Part shown: positions 12,621 to 26,479 of the stretch, in pieces
How positions within the stretch are numbered: position 1 is the first letter of the stretch
Layout: each line of letters starts with the position of its first letter
DNA from: Lama glama
Taxonomy: Eukaryota
Length of the DNA: 64,000 bases
Assembly: GCA_028534125.1 (NCBI GenBank)
Contig: CM052817.1
Span: 87,174,001 to 87,238,000 of the forward strand
Direction: 5' to 3'
Position numbers and translations under genes: made by a program
Notes under the pieces: model-generated
Databases searched by the model: none
Seen by the model: only the letters and a program-made list of their open reading frames with translations
Told to the model about the DNA's origin: nothing

Positions 12621-15600
12621 CATCTGCCACCATCTGATCAATGTAGTCTGTGATCAGTCTAGATTCTTCTCAAACAGTAATTACGTTACACTATTAAATC
12701 AAGTTAATTTATTTGTGTCTCAAAAAAAAGATAGAACCCTCCATCTTCAACAAAACTTTGTTTTATTACTCTTCTCATCAATATTATTCATCAAAAATAA
12801 AATTGTGGCTAGGGAGAGATTTCTTTATTTCTAGTTAATGATTCCAAAGAGCTACTCTTTACAGGGATGTAATCTTACAATTTTCTAACTAATAAAACAT
12901 CCACATCAATAGACAGCTTCAGAAATAATATCCATAAGGGATTAACAAAGGGAAATGTTTCTGTACACTTTCTGATCTTCACAGTTTTAAAGAGTAATTG
13001 TCACACGACATAGGACGTACTGGGTGCTAACAGCATCATTGAACATAGACTCACAGAAAAACCTCAGTAAACTAAGAAAAACTGCAACTGATCTGGATGA
13101 AAATGATGTTCAGAAAAAATGTCTTAGTAACTGTCAACAAACAAATGTTATAACCAAACTAACAATGGTACTCTTAGTTCTGATACATTTTATTTCCATG
13201 ACATGAATTGCGAATCTTTTGTAAGAAGTAAATTAAGAAAAATATTTTATTTACCTTCTATTATCAAAAAGGCAGCACTACCTTTCCAAAGGGAAAAATA
13301 TCCTATGTGTTTCCTGAGTATTTGATAATATAAACGAGCTATAGAAATGTTTTTGCTTAAAGACATTGCTCAAAGTTATTCAGACATTTAAAATTGAACT
13401 TGGTATTTTATTTTGTCCTGATTACAGCCTTTCTAAAGGAATCCAATTTGCCTTGTTGCTTTCCCCTTGCTTTCTCGTTTTATTTTCTTTCATTTATTTC
13501 TTCGCTTTATAATCAAACAGAATTAAGTTTTTTTATTTAGCATATATTCATAATTGAATTATTCACAGAAATTGGTCATAATATATCTATTTTCCATATA
13601 TTCATCCTAATAGGTTTTTATTATAGTTTATAGTTTACATTTATTCATAGTTTATATAATTTATATTTTCCATATATTCATTCTAACAGACTTTTCATTA
13701 TAATTTATAGTCCTTTTTTACTCAGAAATCAAATTTTTCTCATTACATTAGAAAAAAATGATATGTTTTCATCTGGCAACTCTGAATTTTTTTCTTTCAT
13801 TTCTGTTATTGTTATCCATTCATTCCCAGCATAACAACTTATTTTCTTATTAAAGTAAATTATTAAAATAAATTAAAGCACAGCATGGATAAACAAATAA
13901 CAATGCAGTTGCACAAAGAGAAAAAGATTGGGGGAAATAAGATCATTCATGCAATTTAGCTTTGTTATTTTCTATATTCTGAAGGATTACAGGCATTAAG
14001 TTTACATTTGTGGAGGGAAGAAAGAACAGCAGTCTATCTGAAAAGCAGTCTTGGAAATGTAGCAAATATATGCCTTTGATCTAAGTGAAAGAAATAAATT
14101 TGCCAGTGGCATGATAATACTAGGCATTTTAAACTGACCTGTATTACTTGAAATGCAGGTTCAATATTTTTCAGTTTGATGAGGCTATTCAATGCAAAGC
14201 ATAAATGAAATTAAGTTATGTACATAATATCTATAATAGAATTTGCTACATTAACTCTTGCAGATGTGGGTCAATATTTTATTTGCATACATCCTCAGGT
14301 TGATCCTGTTCTTTGCTTGGATTTATCACAAGTCTGCAGACTTGGCTTGCTGCTGGAAATGGACATGAACAATTAAATTTTCAGTCTGAAATGCAGTGAA
14401 AGATTCCACTCCAGCTGCATTTGCTAAGCCCTTTGGTAGCTGTACTGATAAGGCAAAAAGAGGTTCAAGAATGAGAAATCTGAAGTGGAGATGCAAATCT
14501 CATGCTCGGTTGCTATATTGTTATCTTAGAATATTCTGATCCTGACTGGCCTCAAACTAGCTTTACGAGGAGAACTAAAAAGGAAAGAGAAAGAGGTTAC
14601 AGTTCTTTCTTTCTAAAATATAGTACATCCATTTTTTATTACAACTTCATTACAGTGAAAACCAATATCATTAAGGTATATTTAAAGCTATTTTTGTTTC
14701 ATAAGTGGTTAAACACATAGACTTTTAAAATGCACTCAATTTATATTTCTGACTGTAGCTCTTTACACCCATAGTTAGAAATATACATTATATATTTGTG
14801 CATAAATGGTGTCAGATTATGTTTAATCAATCTTGTCAAATAAATTGGTTGAATAAATGTTGAGTTGTATTTTTAAACAAAGCAGGGATATTTTTAATAT
14901 TTCTGTGATATTTAAAACAATTGATTGCTTTTAATTTACATGTTCTAAGGATACTTGTCCTTTAACTGATATTTTTTAAAGCTTAAAAATGTACTCTTGA
15001 AATAGTTCACATATTATTTTTGCCAGTTTAATCATCTGCATCCCAACAGAATTTATTTTTTCAAATAGCTGTGCACAGCTACTTTAATATGACTAGACAG
15101 ATTTCTCCTTGGTGAATTTTAATTTAGCAATAATTTTGCTGTGTAAAATGTTGGTAGTTCTATGACTAAGATGGTCAGCTGGAAAAATTAAAGTATCAGA
15201 ATAATTATTTTTTAAATGTGAACTTTCTGGTTTAAAAAGATACAGCAAGAAAGTTGAGCAATTTTATATTAAATTTTTTCTTTACTTGGATCTAGCTCCA
15301 CCATTCCATGATACAAATATGTAATACTGGTAAGAGAATTAAAGTCCAAAAAGATCAAATCCAGTTACTTATCTCCAACATTTATTATGAAGAATTCAAA
15401 TAATATACCTTAACCTTAAGCCCCCTTTGTTGAGTGAAGCAAACACAGATTTATTGCTTTTATTTATAAATTAACATGAAACTGATTTGCACAATTAGGG
15501 ACAAAATATTTCTAAATCAGTAAGTGCTTCCTTTACAACACTAGTGTTTTTCAAGTTTGTATTCTAAAGTTTGTAATGTTATTCAGAACTAAATTTGAGT

Positions 15601-17004
15601 TCATTTTGTTAATTATTGGCAATTCCTTTGGAAAACATTCATTTAAATGTAAAGTGACTAATCAAATACAATATAATGCAACTAACTTTATATATATTAC
15701 TCAACTTAAACATCTAACTTTACATATATTACTCGCCTTAAAGTAATGTATGTAAGATTAACCTTAAAGATAAAAATAAAACACTAAATTCAGCAAATGA
15801 AACATTTATTTTGTTTTCTATACCTGTACTCTAAACTATTGCTTTGTTTTCTTAAAATGGAATATTTATATGACTATTTCTGAGGTTAGAAAGTTTATAT
15901 TTTCCCTTATGTTTTCAGTGTTTGTCATTGCCTTTAAACAGCCTTGACTCTTCTTTGAAAGAAGGAAATTTTGCTGTTTTAGCATCCTTAGCGTCAATTA
16001 AATCTCAATTAGTAGAGAATTACAACCAATTTCAGCTTTCAAAACAGTTCACAATTGCTCCAAATACTTGTTACTATGGGTAACCACAATTTCTATGAAA
16101 AATCTCATTCCCTTATCACATCACTTTAAAGGTGAGAGGAAAAGAACAGAAAAAAAGAGGGCAACTTACCAACTGTTGAGATAACTGAAGTCAGAAGATA
16201 TAGAACACAAAAATTAATAATTTGTTATGAAGTGCATATGTTTTATACAGCATTTAATGAAACATAATGATATATTTCAATATGAACAGAGAACTGTGCC
16301 CAAAGAAATACTGGTCAAACAGACAAATTGGATTGTAATTCTGTTATCTTGTTGAATCCTCTCACAACCCATAATCACAGTGGCATTTAATGTCATTCCT
16401 CTCCAGATACAATTACTAGATAGTAAACACACAGATTCAAATACAGCATGGCAAGAAATAAAATTTTGTACTCAAAGCAGTCATACAAAAAGAAGGCATA
16501 GAATCAATCAATATGCTATAATTACAAATGTGAACACAGAAAACATTTATGATCATACTCCTCTGTGTATATGTACTGCTTCATCTGAAGCTACTTCTCT
16601 TTCACTATTCAAAGTTCAGTTCAAAGTTTACTTCATAAAGTGTTTGCTCTAAAATGGATTTCAGTTATCTCTTCCTGTTATTTTCTTTATCATATTTATT
16701 TTTCCTAGCAAATATGTTGAAACCATTTCCAGTACAATCACACACTCTTCTCTAAGTGTTTCTTATGTGGATGAGAGAGATGGGAACAAATATTTAATTA
16801 ATATCCTTTAACTGAATAACAACTTTTTGATACAGGATAATATAACTGATTGGAAGATTATGTCACACTCCACAAATGGGAAGACTAAATGGAGAATAAG
16901 TGGTGTGGCTTTAATTTTAGAATAGATTCATATAATGAACCAAAAAAAAAAAAAGTCACGTAAATTATACTGTCCATATCAAAAAAAAAAAAAGACAACA
17001 ACAA

Positions 17005-17215
17005 AAACAGCAACAAAGAGCATTCATTGGGTCCTTATTTAATGTCAAGTTTTACAGATATTAATATTCTAACACAAGTATTAGCCCTAGTTTACAAAAG
17101 AGGAAAGTGAAACTCAGAGCTTCTGTGTAATCAACCAAACTCACTACCTACACAGGGCTCAGCTATAATTCAAAATTAGGTCCAGCATCAAAGCCTGTGC
17201 CCGCCTTGCTTTACC
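17005..17215 (-). mobile_element. MIR SINE
   Basis: tttacaaaagaggaaagtgaaactcagag core. Confidence 0.7.
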
Positions 17216-18894
17216 ATCAGTGTTCTCTTCTCAAAGAAAACACTCAATGAATGCTTGTCTCTCCTGCAAAGTAATCCTTTGGAGAGTTTGGCCTTCATCC
17301 TTTCATCCATGCACTGTCACAGCTACTCAGGTCTGTGATAGAGTACACATTCAGTAAATATTTGTTGAAGTGAACACGTGTTTTTGAGAAACCGTTTCAG
17401 CTCCAAATTAAATAACTGTCACAAGTGTGTAATGCTTTTAAGGGCATTATAATTTGGATCTCTGAAATTATTTATATTTAACTTAAAATACAATTATACT
17501 TTCAGAAAAGTATCAATTAAGTCCACAGAATCCAGAGACTACTCCTTAGTTAAGGCAATTTCATGAATAAATACCTAAGAAAAACCAACTTTGATATTCA
17601 AGTAGAATACATTCTAATGAATGTTTCTGAATTTTAAAATATGGTCACTCTACTGTTAGAATAATAACACATATACTGGAGGCTTTTATAATGCACATCA
17701 GAAAAAACCTTGGACTCAAACCCATGCTTGGGATATCACAGTACTCTGAGAAATAGCTCTTAATGACTCCTGGTCAGTATGTTGTTGCATTTTCATTCTA
17801 TACATTTCTAATTATTTAACACCATTTTTTAAAGTTTTATCTGTGTGAGGAGGGGGGAAAAAGAACAATACTTCAAATCAGTTTAATATTGAAGCGGTGA
17901 TTAGTGCTGCCATGCTATGGAACAAGGTCTATTATCTACTTGATTTTTAATTACCTTTTTAAAAAATACATATATCCTGGGATTTTACTTTCCTTCATTA
18001 TAGCTGCCAGACCCTGAACTTTTAATTTCAGACTAGTAATTACTATAATATCCCCAGGTTACACCCTACCCTCTGTTTTTGCAAGATTAATATCATTCTA
18101 AACATTTACTTAGGTCTCTTTTTCTATCTCCCTAGATGACTAACTTAACTCACACTGAATCTTTCTGTTGCTGCCGTAACAAATTTCAATTTCTCTTCTT
18201 CTTAACAATTTCCTTCTTAGTGCTAACAACGTTTCCTACTTTATCACTAAATTTTATTGTCAGGAAGATTCTGCTGTAGAAATTCAATTGTCTGTAAATC
18301 CGAGCACCAGTAAAGCTGCTAAAATCATTGTGAGTCTTATTTAACTGTCTGGCACATAAATCAGGTAGATTTTATTTGATTTCAGTGGGGTATTTTTCTA
18401 GACCTTAGAGCTGTAACACATACTGATATTAACTAACCACACATTCAAGTGCACATTACTGCTTCAAAGAGGAATAATTCATCCAATAAACACAGCTTAT
18501 CTTTCTAAATGGCAATTATCAAGAAACATGTTCTGAGTAATGTTATTCTGAGTTGGTGATATAAAAGGAGACTGGAAATTCAAAGCTTCTCAATGTTGTC
18601 ATTACTTCATTCTGTGACCATGGAAAAGTCCTTAATGCTAAGCATGTCAGATTCTTGTCATATAGCTTTCCAGTCCATCACTCTGCTGAAAAGTAATGTT
18701 TTTATAGTGTTATGGTAATTTATTATTGTTCACATGCCTTTGTACATATGTTAATGCCTTTGTGTTCTTTTGGTCTACCAACAAACATGTGTAGTAAATA
18801 TTCTTATAATTATTTTTAAGATTCTAAAATCTGAGATTCACAATGAAAAACAACTTTTCCATAGTAGAAGAGTTGGTATGGGTCAGAAATCAAG

Positions 18895-18896
<2 letters not shown>

Positions 18897-18931
<35 letters not shown>

Positions 18932-18943
18932 CACACACACACA
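18897..18943. repeat. (CA)n microsatellite
   Basis: Direct reading; explains the THTHTH ORF. Confidence 0.95.
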
Positions 18944-19949
18944 AACCTGTGTTCAAATCTTAGTTTGACCTGAACCAACTACAATTCTTCAAAAAGAATA
19001 TGTATGTATATATTGATATATATAAATATATATGTATATATAATGTACATGTATATGCATATGTATATATGTCTATATATACACAGAATATATACACACT
19101 TACACACATTCAAAAACATCTACTTACAATTTATTGAGAAAAGTACAAATATGAGTGTATACAATAAGATTTTTCATAAACACTTTCACAAAAATGTTAG
19201 AGGCAGAAATAGTAAAGCAATTTGACAAATCCAAATTGATTTCACTAGAAAAAATATCTTTAGAATTTCAATTCAGATCTCCATATAAAGCTTAACAAAA
19301 TGTTACCTTCCCCTCTTTGCTTGTCATTGCTTGTTGTTGATCATCTTAGAATCTTTTTAAAGAGACATTTTCAGGACATTTAAAGGTCCCTTTTTATCCA
19401 GTGCCCTTGATTTCGTACAAAACATTCTCTTCAGGTAGTTAAATTTTACCGATGCTGACCGCATTTAGTACTCTGAGGCTTGTAGTTCTACTCTAAATGG
19501 CAGTCAAACCGAAGAAGCCGAAGAATAGAACTCAGTTAGTCTTTATCTATGTTTGCTTTGTAAAGAATTGCTTATAATAGCAATTTATTTCTATTTCCAT
19601 ATGCATGCATACCTTGATTTTGGAAAAGCAAGCTTCACATAAAGAGGACACATCTCAAGTAAGGGAAGCTAGATGACATTACTTAAATCCTCACCAGGTT
19701 AGAATATTAATGCTACAGTAAGTTCCTAGAATAAACAAACATAAATAAGTTATAAAAAAATCACATTTTTTATGTGAAATATAAAAAAGGATTTAGCTGA
19801 AATCAGTAGGGAAGCAGATTTCTATAAAATACAAAAAATCATAGGAATATATACATACAGATTTAGATATAGGCATGTAGTGACAATTCATAATTTCAAA
19901 ATTAACAATTTAGAAAACCACCATGAGACTCTATAACCACAAGAGCTTA

Positions 19950-20520
19950 AGATATTGGATCTATAATATACTGCATACAAAACAATATTTCTAATATGTA
20001 AAGAGAAATGGAATTATAGACATGAATAAGGAACAAGAGATTATCAAAATTGATTAGAAACCTATGAACAAGGATTAAGTAGAATTTTAAACATATAAAG
20101 TATAATCATTGGAATTAAAAATTCAATGACTATATGAAATAAATGTGGGGTCATTCATCATCTGAGTGGTATTGCTAAAAAAACTCATCCAAAATAGAAC
20201 GTAGAGAGAAAAATACATAAAACAATTTACGAAAGAGGATAATAGAGATGTCTGTTTTTACTACTTCTCTTCAGCAATTACTAAAGGACCTAGAAAATAC
20301 AGGGAAGAAAACATGATTTAAGAAATTAAAAAATAAGTATATTCAAAGAAAAATATATTCTTGGGCACTGATGATATGGTGCCTACGTATGGAAACCAAG
20401 ATAATTTCCTGACAAATTACAAGAATATATATGCGAATATAGCAATATAGGATTACGATGAAAAACTCAATTGCATTTTTATATACCCATAATAAGGTGT
20501 TATGACATATTTAATATAAA
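19950..20520 (+). mobile_element. Very old L1 (L1ME/HAL1-like) ORF1-region remnant
   Basis: A-rich degenerate sequence such as aaggaacaagagattatcaaaa...ataatcattggaattaaaaattcaatg. Confidence 0.55.
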
Positions 20521-20647
20521 CCAGATAGATGCTAGATAGCTAGGAAAATAGATAGATCTTCACACATGTATATACATTCATATATACTAAGCACACATAT
20601 GAATAAAAGCCTGTCTCTTGTTGCTAGTTTGATTTTCTTTCCACACT

Positions 20648-20999
20648 AAGTTCTCCCTGAGTATCAGTTGGGGTTGGTTCCAGGACCCTCTGTGGATTAC
20701 AAAATGTGAGAATGCTCAAGTCCTTTATGTAAAATGGCATAGTATTTGCATATGACCTATGCACATCCTCCAGTATACTTTAAATTATCTCTAGATTACT
20801 TATCATACCTGATACCCTGCAAACGTATGTAAATATTTGTAAATACAATGTCAATACTATGTATAAAGTTGCCAGCATCCTGCAAATTCAAATTTTGCTT
20901 TTTGGAACTTTCTGGCTTTTTGTTTTTTTAAAGAATATCTTTAATCCAAGATTGGTTGAATCTGTGGATGCAGTACCTGCAGATAAAGAAGGCCAACTG
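20648..20999 (+). mobile_element. TcMar-Tigger MITE (MER2/MER2B-like)
   Basis: ttggttccaggaccc...atgctcaagtcc...atagtatttgcatat...tctctagattactt...ttggttgaatctgtggatgc...ggccaactg. Confidence 0.9.
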
Positions 21000-21499
21000 C
21001 ACATTGAAATTTATAGGACAAATCTTGATATTTAGATTCCATTAGTTGCTAAAAGGAGTAATTAACTTTTTGATATAATTATTTAAATTAATGGAATGTT
21101 TAGCAAAACCAACTTGTCAAAAGCATTGACTTGGTCGTATCTATTATTTGCTTTAACAGGGCAACCAAAGAACATATTTTTACTGTCCAGAGACATATTA
21201 AAAATAAGGTCTCTTTTTTTAATAAGATTTACTGCAAAAGCATTATTTGGAACTAGAGAGGATGTATACATAGGGGTATTTATTGGAACACAAATATGTT
21301 GAGTATGTTCAACCCACTATATAAAAATATCCCTATTTCCCTTTGATTAGGGTGAACCATACACAAATTGATGATAGCAGCTTGTATAAAATATCATGAG
21401 ACTAGAAAATATTAATTTATGTATGTAGATTTGAGTTTCCAGCATGTGTTACTCTGTGTTGTATTACACTGGTAAGTTACACTTAAGTATTCAGTTCAT

Positions 21500-21760
21500 T
21501 AAACTAACACTTATGAAGCTAAATTTCTTCTATGCTATGCATTTTTGTATGTATCTCATTTAATCCTCACTGCAATCCAATGTGACATAGTGCATCATAC
21601 ACATTTTAAAGAATAGGAAACTTAACTGTAAAGCAAGTAAGTTGACTGGTTTGAATTTACATTGACAGAGAGCAAGTAAGTAGCAGAAATGACATTGAAA
21701 ATCATTTCTCAGTAACTACATAAAGAGTTATTAAATTGACTGTTTTCACTTTACCACAAC
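21500..21760 (-). mobile_element. MIR SINE
   Basis: tatctcatttaatcctcac...cattttaaagaataggaaact...gtaagtagcagaaat. Confidence 0.75.
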
Positions 21761-22029
21761 AGATTAATACATAAAAAAAGCAACGCGGCAGTTTTGCATT
21801 CATTTGTTATTGCCCAATTGTTATTTCTAAAAAGAAGTTAAATATAAAAAGACAGATAGTAACTATTCATTTTCAATACTGAATACACTGTCATGGCACC
21901 TATCCCACTGTAGTGTCTGTTCCATGGTAGGCAATTAATAGATATTTACTAGAAATTTGCTCTCATGAGCTTTGTGATTTTCACCATTACATTTTGTTTT
22001 TGTTTGTTGAGATAATTTGTTAGATGATT

Positions 22030-22880
22030 TATTCAACAATCCATTCACTTATTCTGTTAGTGAACAAATACTTACTGAGGTCTGTACCATAGGCCAGACA
22101 ATGTTTTAATTGCTAGCTTAAGTGAGGTTAAACTGGTGAATAAAAATAAACAGACCAATATGCACTGTGCTTATAATATGATGGAGAAAATTGATTAAAT
22201 ATTCATAAACACGTAAAAAAGTAACTATAATAAATGATATATACTTGGTTATATAAGAGTCAATAATTCAGGGATAGACTTAGGTAGAGAGGTCCAAGAA
22301 GATTTCCCTGAAAATATTACATTTTGGCTGATGTCTAACTGGTTGCCTGGAGAAACGTCCATCCCAGGCAGAGAAAAGATGTGGACAAAGATTAAAATGT
22401 GCATGGCAAGAAAGAGGGACTAAAAGGTCAGTGTACAGACAGAGAAGGAGCAAAGATTGATGAGGATGTTGAGGTAGGCAAAGATCAAATCATAAAAACT
22501 TATAGGTCATGTTAATTTTGGTCATAATTCCATTAGCCTTGAGAAGCTGCTAAAGAGTTTTAAGCCCTGGTATGACATGATCAGATTTAAATTTGAAAAA
22601 AAAAAAACCTCTAGAAGTTGTGTGAAGAATTCAAGGAAAGCCAGGTGAATAGGTAGAGGAAATTCACTATTCTGGGAGCCTAAGTGGAAGATAGTATTTC
22701 CTGAGACTGTGTAATAAAAACAGGAAAAGAGAGAAACAAATAGTTTCAGGAGAAATAGCTATGATGGATAGAACCTAGTGATGCATTTGTTATATGGAGC
22801 TGAGAGAAAGCGATCTTGGTTGAATCCTTGGTGTTTTGCTTGAGCAACTGAGTGAAGAATGGTGTCTTTGAAAAAGATTT
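22030..22880 (-). mobile_element. L2 LINE fragment
   Basis: aacaaatacttactgagg tail; catcccaggcagagaaaa; tgacatgatcagattt; ttgagcaactg. Confidence 0.8.
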
Positions 22881-22907
22881 GACATCAGGAAATGATTTTG
22901 AAATTTT

Positions 22908-22940
22908 TGTGTGTGCGTGTGTGTGTGTGTTTGTGTGTGT
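22908..22940. repeat. Imperfect (TG)n microsatellite
   Basis: Direct reading. Confidence 0.9.
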
Positions 22941-24949
22941 TAGAGGGGGTACAGCTTGTGCATTTTAAATCTTCACTCTGAATTTGGCTATCAGTACTCA
23001 TCTGAACAGCTTATATTAAAAAAGGTAGTCACTTAAGACTAATTAGAATAAATAAACTTTATGGTGTCATTATGGTTCAGTTGTATTTTAATTGGTCCTT
23101 TAAAATAACTTATATAGACAAAACTGATTATATGGAGCTTAAAAGTAAAGCCAGTGAAGATAAATCAATAATAGAAATTTAAAACTACACCTCAACTGAT
23201 GATAGCATCTAGGGAAAATTATCAACTTCTAGATATAAAAATAAATATGTAATATTCAGCTGTGAATCCACCAATACAATCTGACCATTACTGTTCCACA
23301 CAGTGGAATATAACTCTGCTTCACATACAGTTATATGCAGATTTAAAAATTAATCAACTTGTGCATTTAAGATGTTTACACTTTATGGTTATGTCTCAAT
23401 AAACCTTTAAAAAAAGTTTCTTGATTATTCAAATTAGTCAGGTGCCAGTAACTTCTTAATTGTTTATTCCTTTACTGAAGAGAATCCATTTTCAATATTA
23501 GCTGTATGAAGAAAGAAAGTTATCTAAAGTTTGCAAGTCTATATATTACCCACAATATATGAAAATTATAAGTCAATTAGTGGACTTGGTTTCATTTTTC
23601 AGATATCTCTTAACAAAAAAGCATTTAAATTAGCATTAATGTTAGAGCAAATTTTAAACTTTTTAGTAGTCCTTCGATTTAACGATATCTGTGTTAACAT
23701 TCATAGCTTGAAAAACATGAGTGTTTTGATGGTCTTCTGTTTTCAAAACATTTTTAAAATGATGTAAAGTATATTCTTTTGAGGGAAAGATATGTATATA
23801 TATCTTTGTTATATATATAGGTAAGACTGCTTTAAGGCAAAAAATAATAATCATTGAGTGAACCATCTGATGATTATGAATAAAAATTCAGAAAATTTTC
23901 CCTTCTTAAATGTCTCCCTTATCACATTTAATTTCTAAACTATATTCCCCCCAACTTCCAGTACATGTCAGCTACATAATTCAGTGTGTGAAAAGCAGGT
24001 TCTCACTATCTTACAGCCAGAGAGCAGAGAGGTCCAAGATTACCCTTTGAAACAGCAAACACAAAATAAGGCAAAAGACAAAAGACTATAAAACATGGGG
24101 AAAAGAAGAGTCCATAGTCTAGAAGGTTGCTTTGTAATGACCATTCTGGGCTATAGGGTTCCTGTCTCATTCAGACTACGAGTAGGTATCTTTGTCTATT
24201 CTATCATTCCATTGATCCGTTTGTCTAAAGAAGGGAGGTATAATACTTTCATACCATGGACATATTTTGACAAGACTGAAGTTTAGCATCATTGATTTCA
24301 CACAGTTGGTGGTCACCTCATCCACCTACAGTCAAATGTAGCACTTGGCTTTTCCTCCTTTTCCTGCTGTTAGTTTTTATTTGTCTATATAATTTAGGGT
24401 TTGTATCATTCATGAAAAGGACAAATGAATATTATTTGTAGTCATTTTGAATATAGATATTAATAATATAAAAGATAGATGAGATAAAAATTGATGAAAA
24501 AGTTTGGCTTGGTTGCATTGGGTGCCTTTTTAGAATTTATAGCTTTTAAGAATAAGTTCTTTTGAAATGCAATGAAATAAAAAATAAAATGATATGTAGT
24601 GAGCTAAGCAGTAGACTTTTTTGAAACTTGGTATCAAAAAACTAATTGAATCAAGATAAGGGACAAAGACCTAAAATTGAGTTTTAAGCCTGAAAGTTGT
24701 TTCAGGCAGTTTAGACAAGTCCATGTTCCCAGGTTCCATCTGGAAGATGGAAGATTCCATTTCCTAGTAGACAAATTCTCTACCCTTGTGGATAGAAATG
24801 TGACTGGGTCAGAGTCAAGGTGAAACCTAAGGCAGGGGCTCCAGCTGCTCAGATCTAAGGGCAGTTATTGCATAAATGAACAACCTTTCTATTCATATAT
24901 ATATATATATCTGCCAACTTTTAAAAGTATGATTGAGCAGTTTGAGAGA

Positions 24950-25545
24950 GATGAGTATTCCCACTGAGAACAATTGTTTAGCGATCCCTAATAATGTGGA
25001 ACTTACAGAGTCAGTAGTTTCACCCCTAGAGATGTACCAACAGATATGTGCATATTCACACACAAAAGATATGTACAAGATTAATTATAATATCTTTGTT
25101 CATAATTGCCCCAAACTGGAAACAAACAGAATGTGCATATATGGAATGTAAAATGGAATAATGGAATACAATTGAGCAATTAAAAGGAACCATCTTTGCT
25201 AGATGCAGTAACATAAATGAATCCCCCAGGTAATACTGATCCAGAGAAGCCAGACACACCAAATACTTTCTATATAATACCATTTACATCAAGTACCAAA
25301 ATTGTAAAACTAGCCTATGGTGATAGAAATTAAAATAGTGACTAGCTTCTGGAAATATGTTAACAGGCAATATATATTAATATTCCAAGTGAGGTGTCTG
25401 GGTTGCTGGAACTGTTTTATTCCTTTTCTGCATTGTGTTAATGTGCGTATGTTCACTTTGTAAAAAGTCATCAAGCTATACATTTATGATCTGCACACTT
25501 TTCTGTGCATATGTTATATATAACTTTTATCTGGAAGAATTAAAA
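24950..25545 (+). mobile_element. Old L1 (L1MC/ME-like) 3' end
   Basis: tttgttcataattgccccaaactggaaacaa...ataccatttacat...tatgttcactttgtaaaa...caagctatacatttatg. Confidence 0.85.
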
Positions 25546-25689
25546 AGAGTTCAAGAAATGCTTTAGGGACTTTTCAAGTTTGTCCCAAAATTCTTTTTTC
25601 AAATAATAGAAACACAATCTTGCAGTTAGTTGTTGGAATGTCTTATACATTAACTCCAATCGCTAGCATTCAGACTTTCACACATTTTA

Positions 25690-26440
25690 TTTTTTTAGTG
25701 ACAGGAAACCCATTATGTCCCAAGTTAGTTCATTCATGTTTGATAAGCTCTAATGGGTAGGTGAGTCTTATATAAAACAAAACTGTCTGCCTTTAATCAT
25801 TCTAGAATATTCCCTCTATCCTGTAGATCTACACAAACTATAAAATCCACTTCTATACAGTCCAGACTTCCAAATTCTTACGGTGTTGCTGGTTCTCCTT
25901 AGGATCCTGTCTTACTCGGCTGATGGATCTATTTTCTTTCATTTTCTTTATAAGATGTACTTTCAAAAGATTTCTCCTTTCTGGTTACTCCTCTCCAGTC
26001 ACCAACATTTCAACTAGGAGCTGAATCTCAGTTAAATTCAATAGGTGCAGTACATGTAGCAAAGACATTAATTGAACCATCATCTCCAATGATTTGAATT
26101 TGGCAGTAATTTCACTTTGCAGCCAGTGATCCCATTGGGTTGGCTGGCAGCCTTACCACTCTGATGACTTTGAGCTAACAGTCAAATAGAGCTGCTGAGT
26201 CTTTTACATGCTAACTGATACCAGAGCTTTTCCATGTGGAGACTGTTTTCTCAGACATGAGTTCAGAGGTTTCCTTCATGTGTAATAAATTTCATATTGT
26301 TAGTCAGGGCCCTTCATTTCAGCTCCTGAGATAATTCTCCATTAATATTTACCTTCCCTGCTTTCCTTCACCGAACAGTTGGTAAATATTTTCTTGTCTT
26401 TATTTTTGTTTTTGATAACAATGTTGCACAGAACCTAACA
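25690..26440 (-). mobile_element. CR1/L3 LINE fragment
   Basis: agtgacaggaaacccattatgtcccaag...agctctaat pattern resembles antisense L3. Confidence 0.6.
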
Positions 26441-26479
26441 CTTAATCTGTTATCTCTAAATATAATTTCTCACTGTAAG

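Noticed and set aside
13588..15742. CRISPR-like repeat-spacer arrays
   Set aside because: Only two-copy duplications in mammalian DNA; no array and no cas genes.
18770..19225. ORFs with THTH/YIYI/CVCV runs (also 3840..4177)
   Set aside because: Translations of microsatellite and low-complexity DNA.
5935..19492. Casein/SCPP-type or triadin-type small-exon gene
   Set aside because: The small-exon candidates give no signal peptide, S-x-E clusters, or P/Q- or K/E-rich composition.
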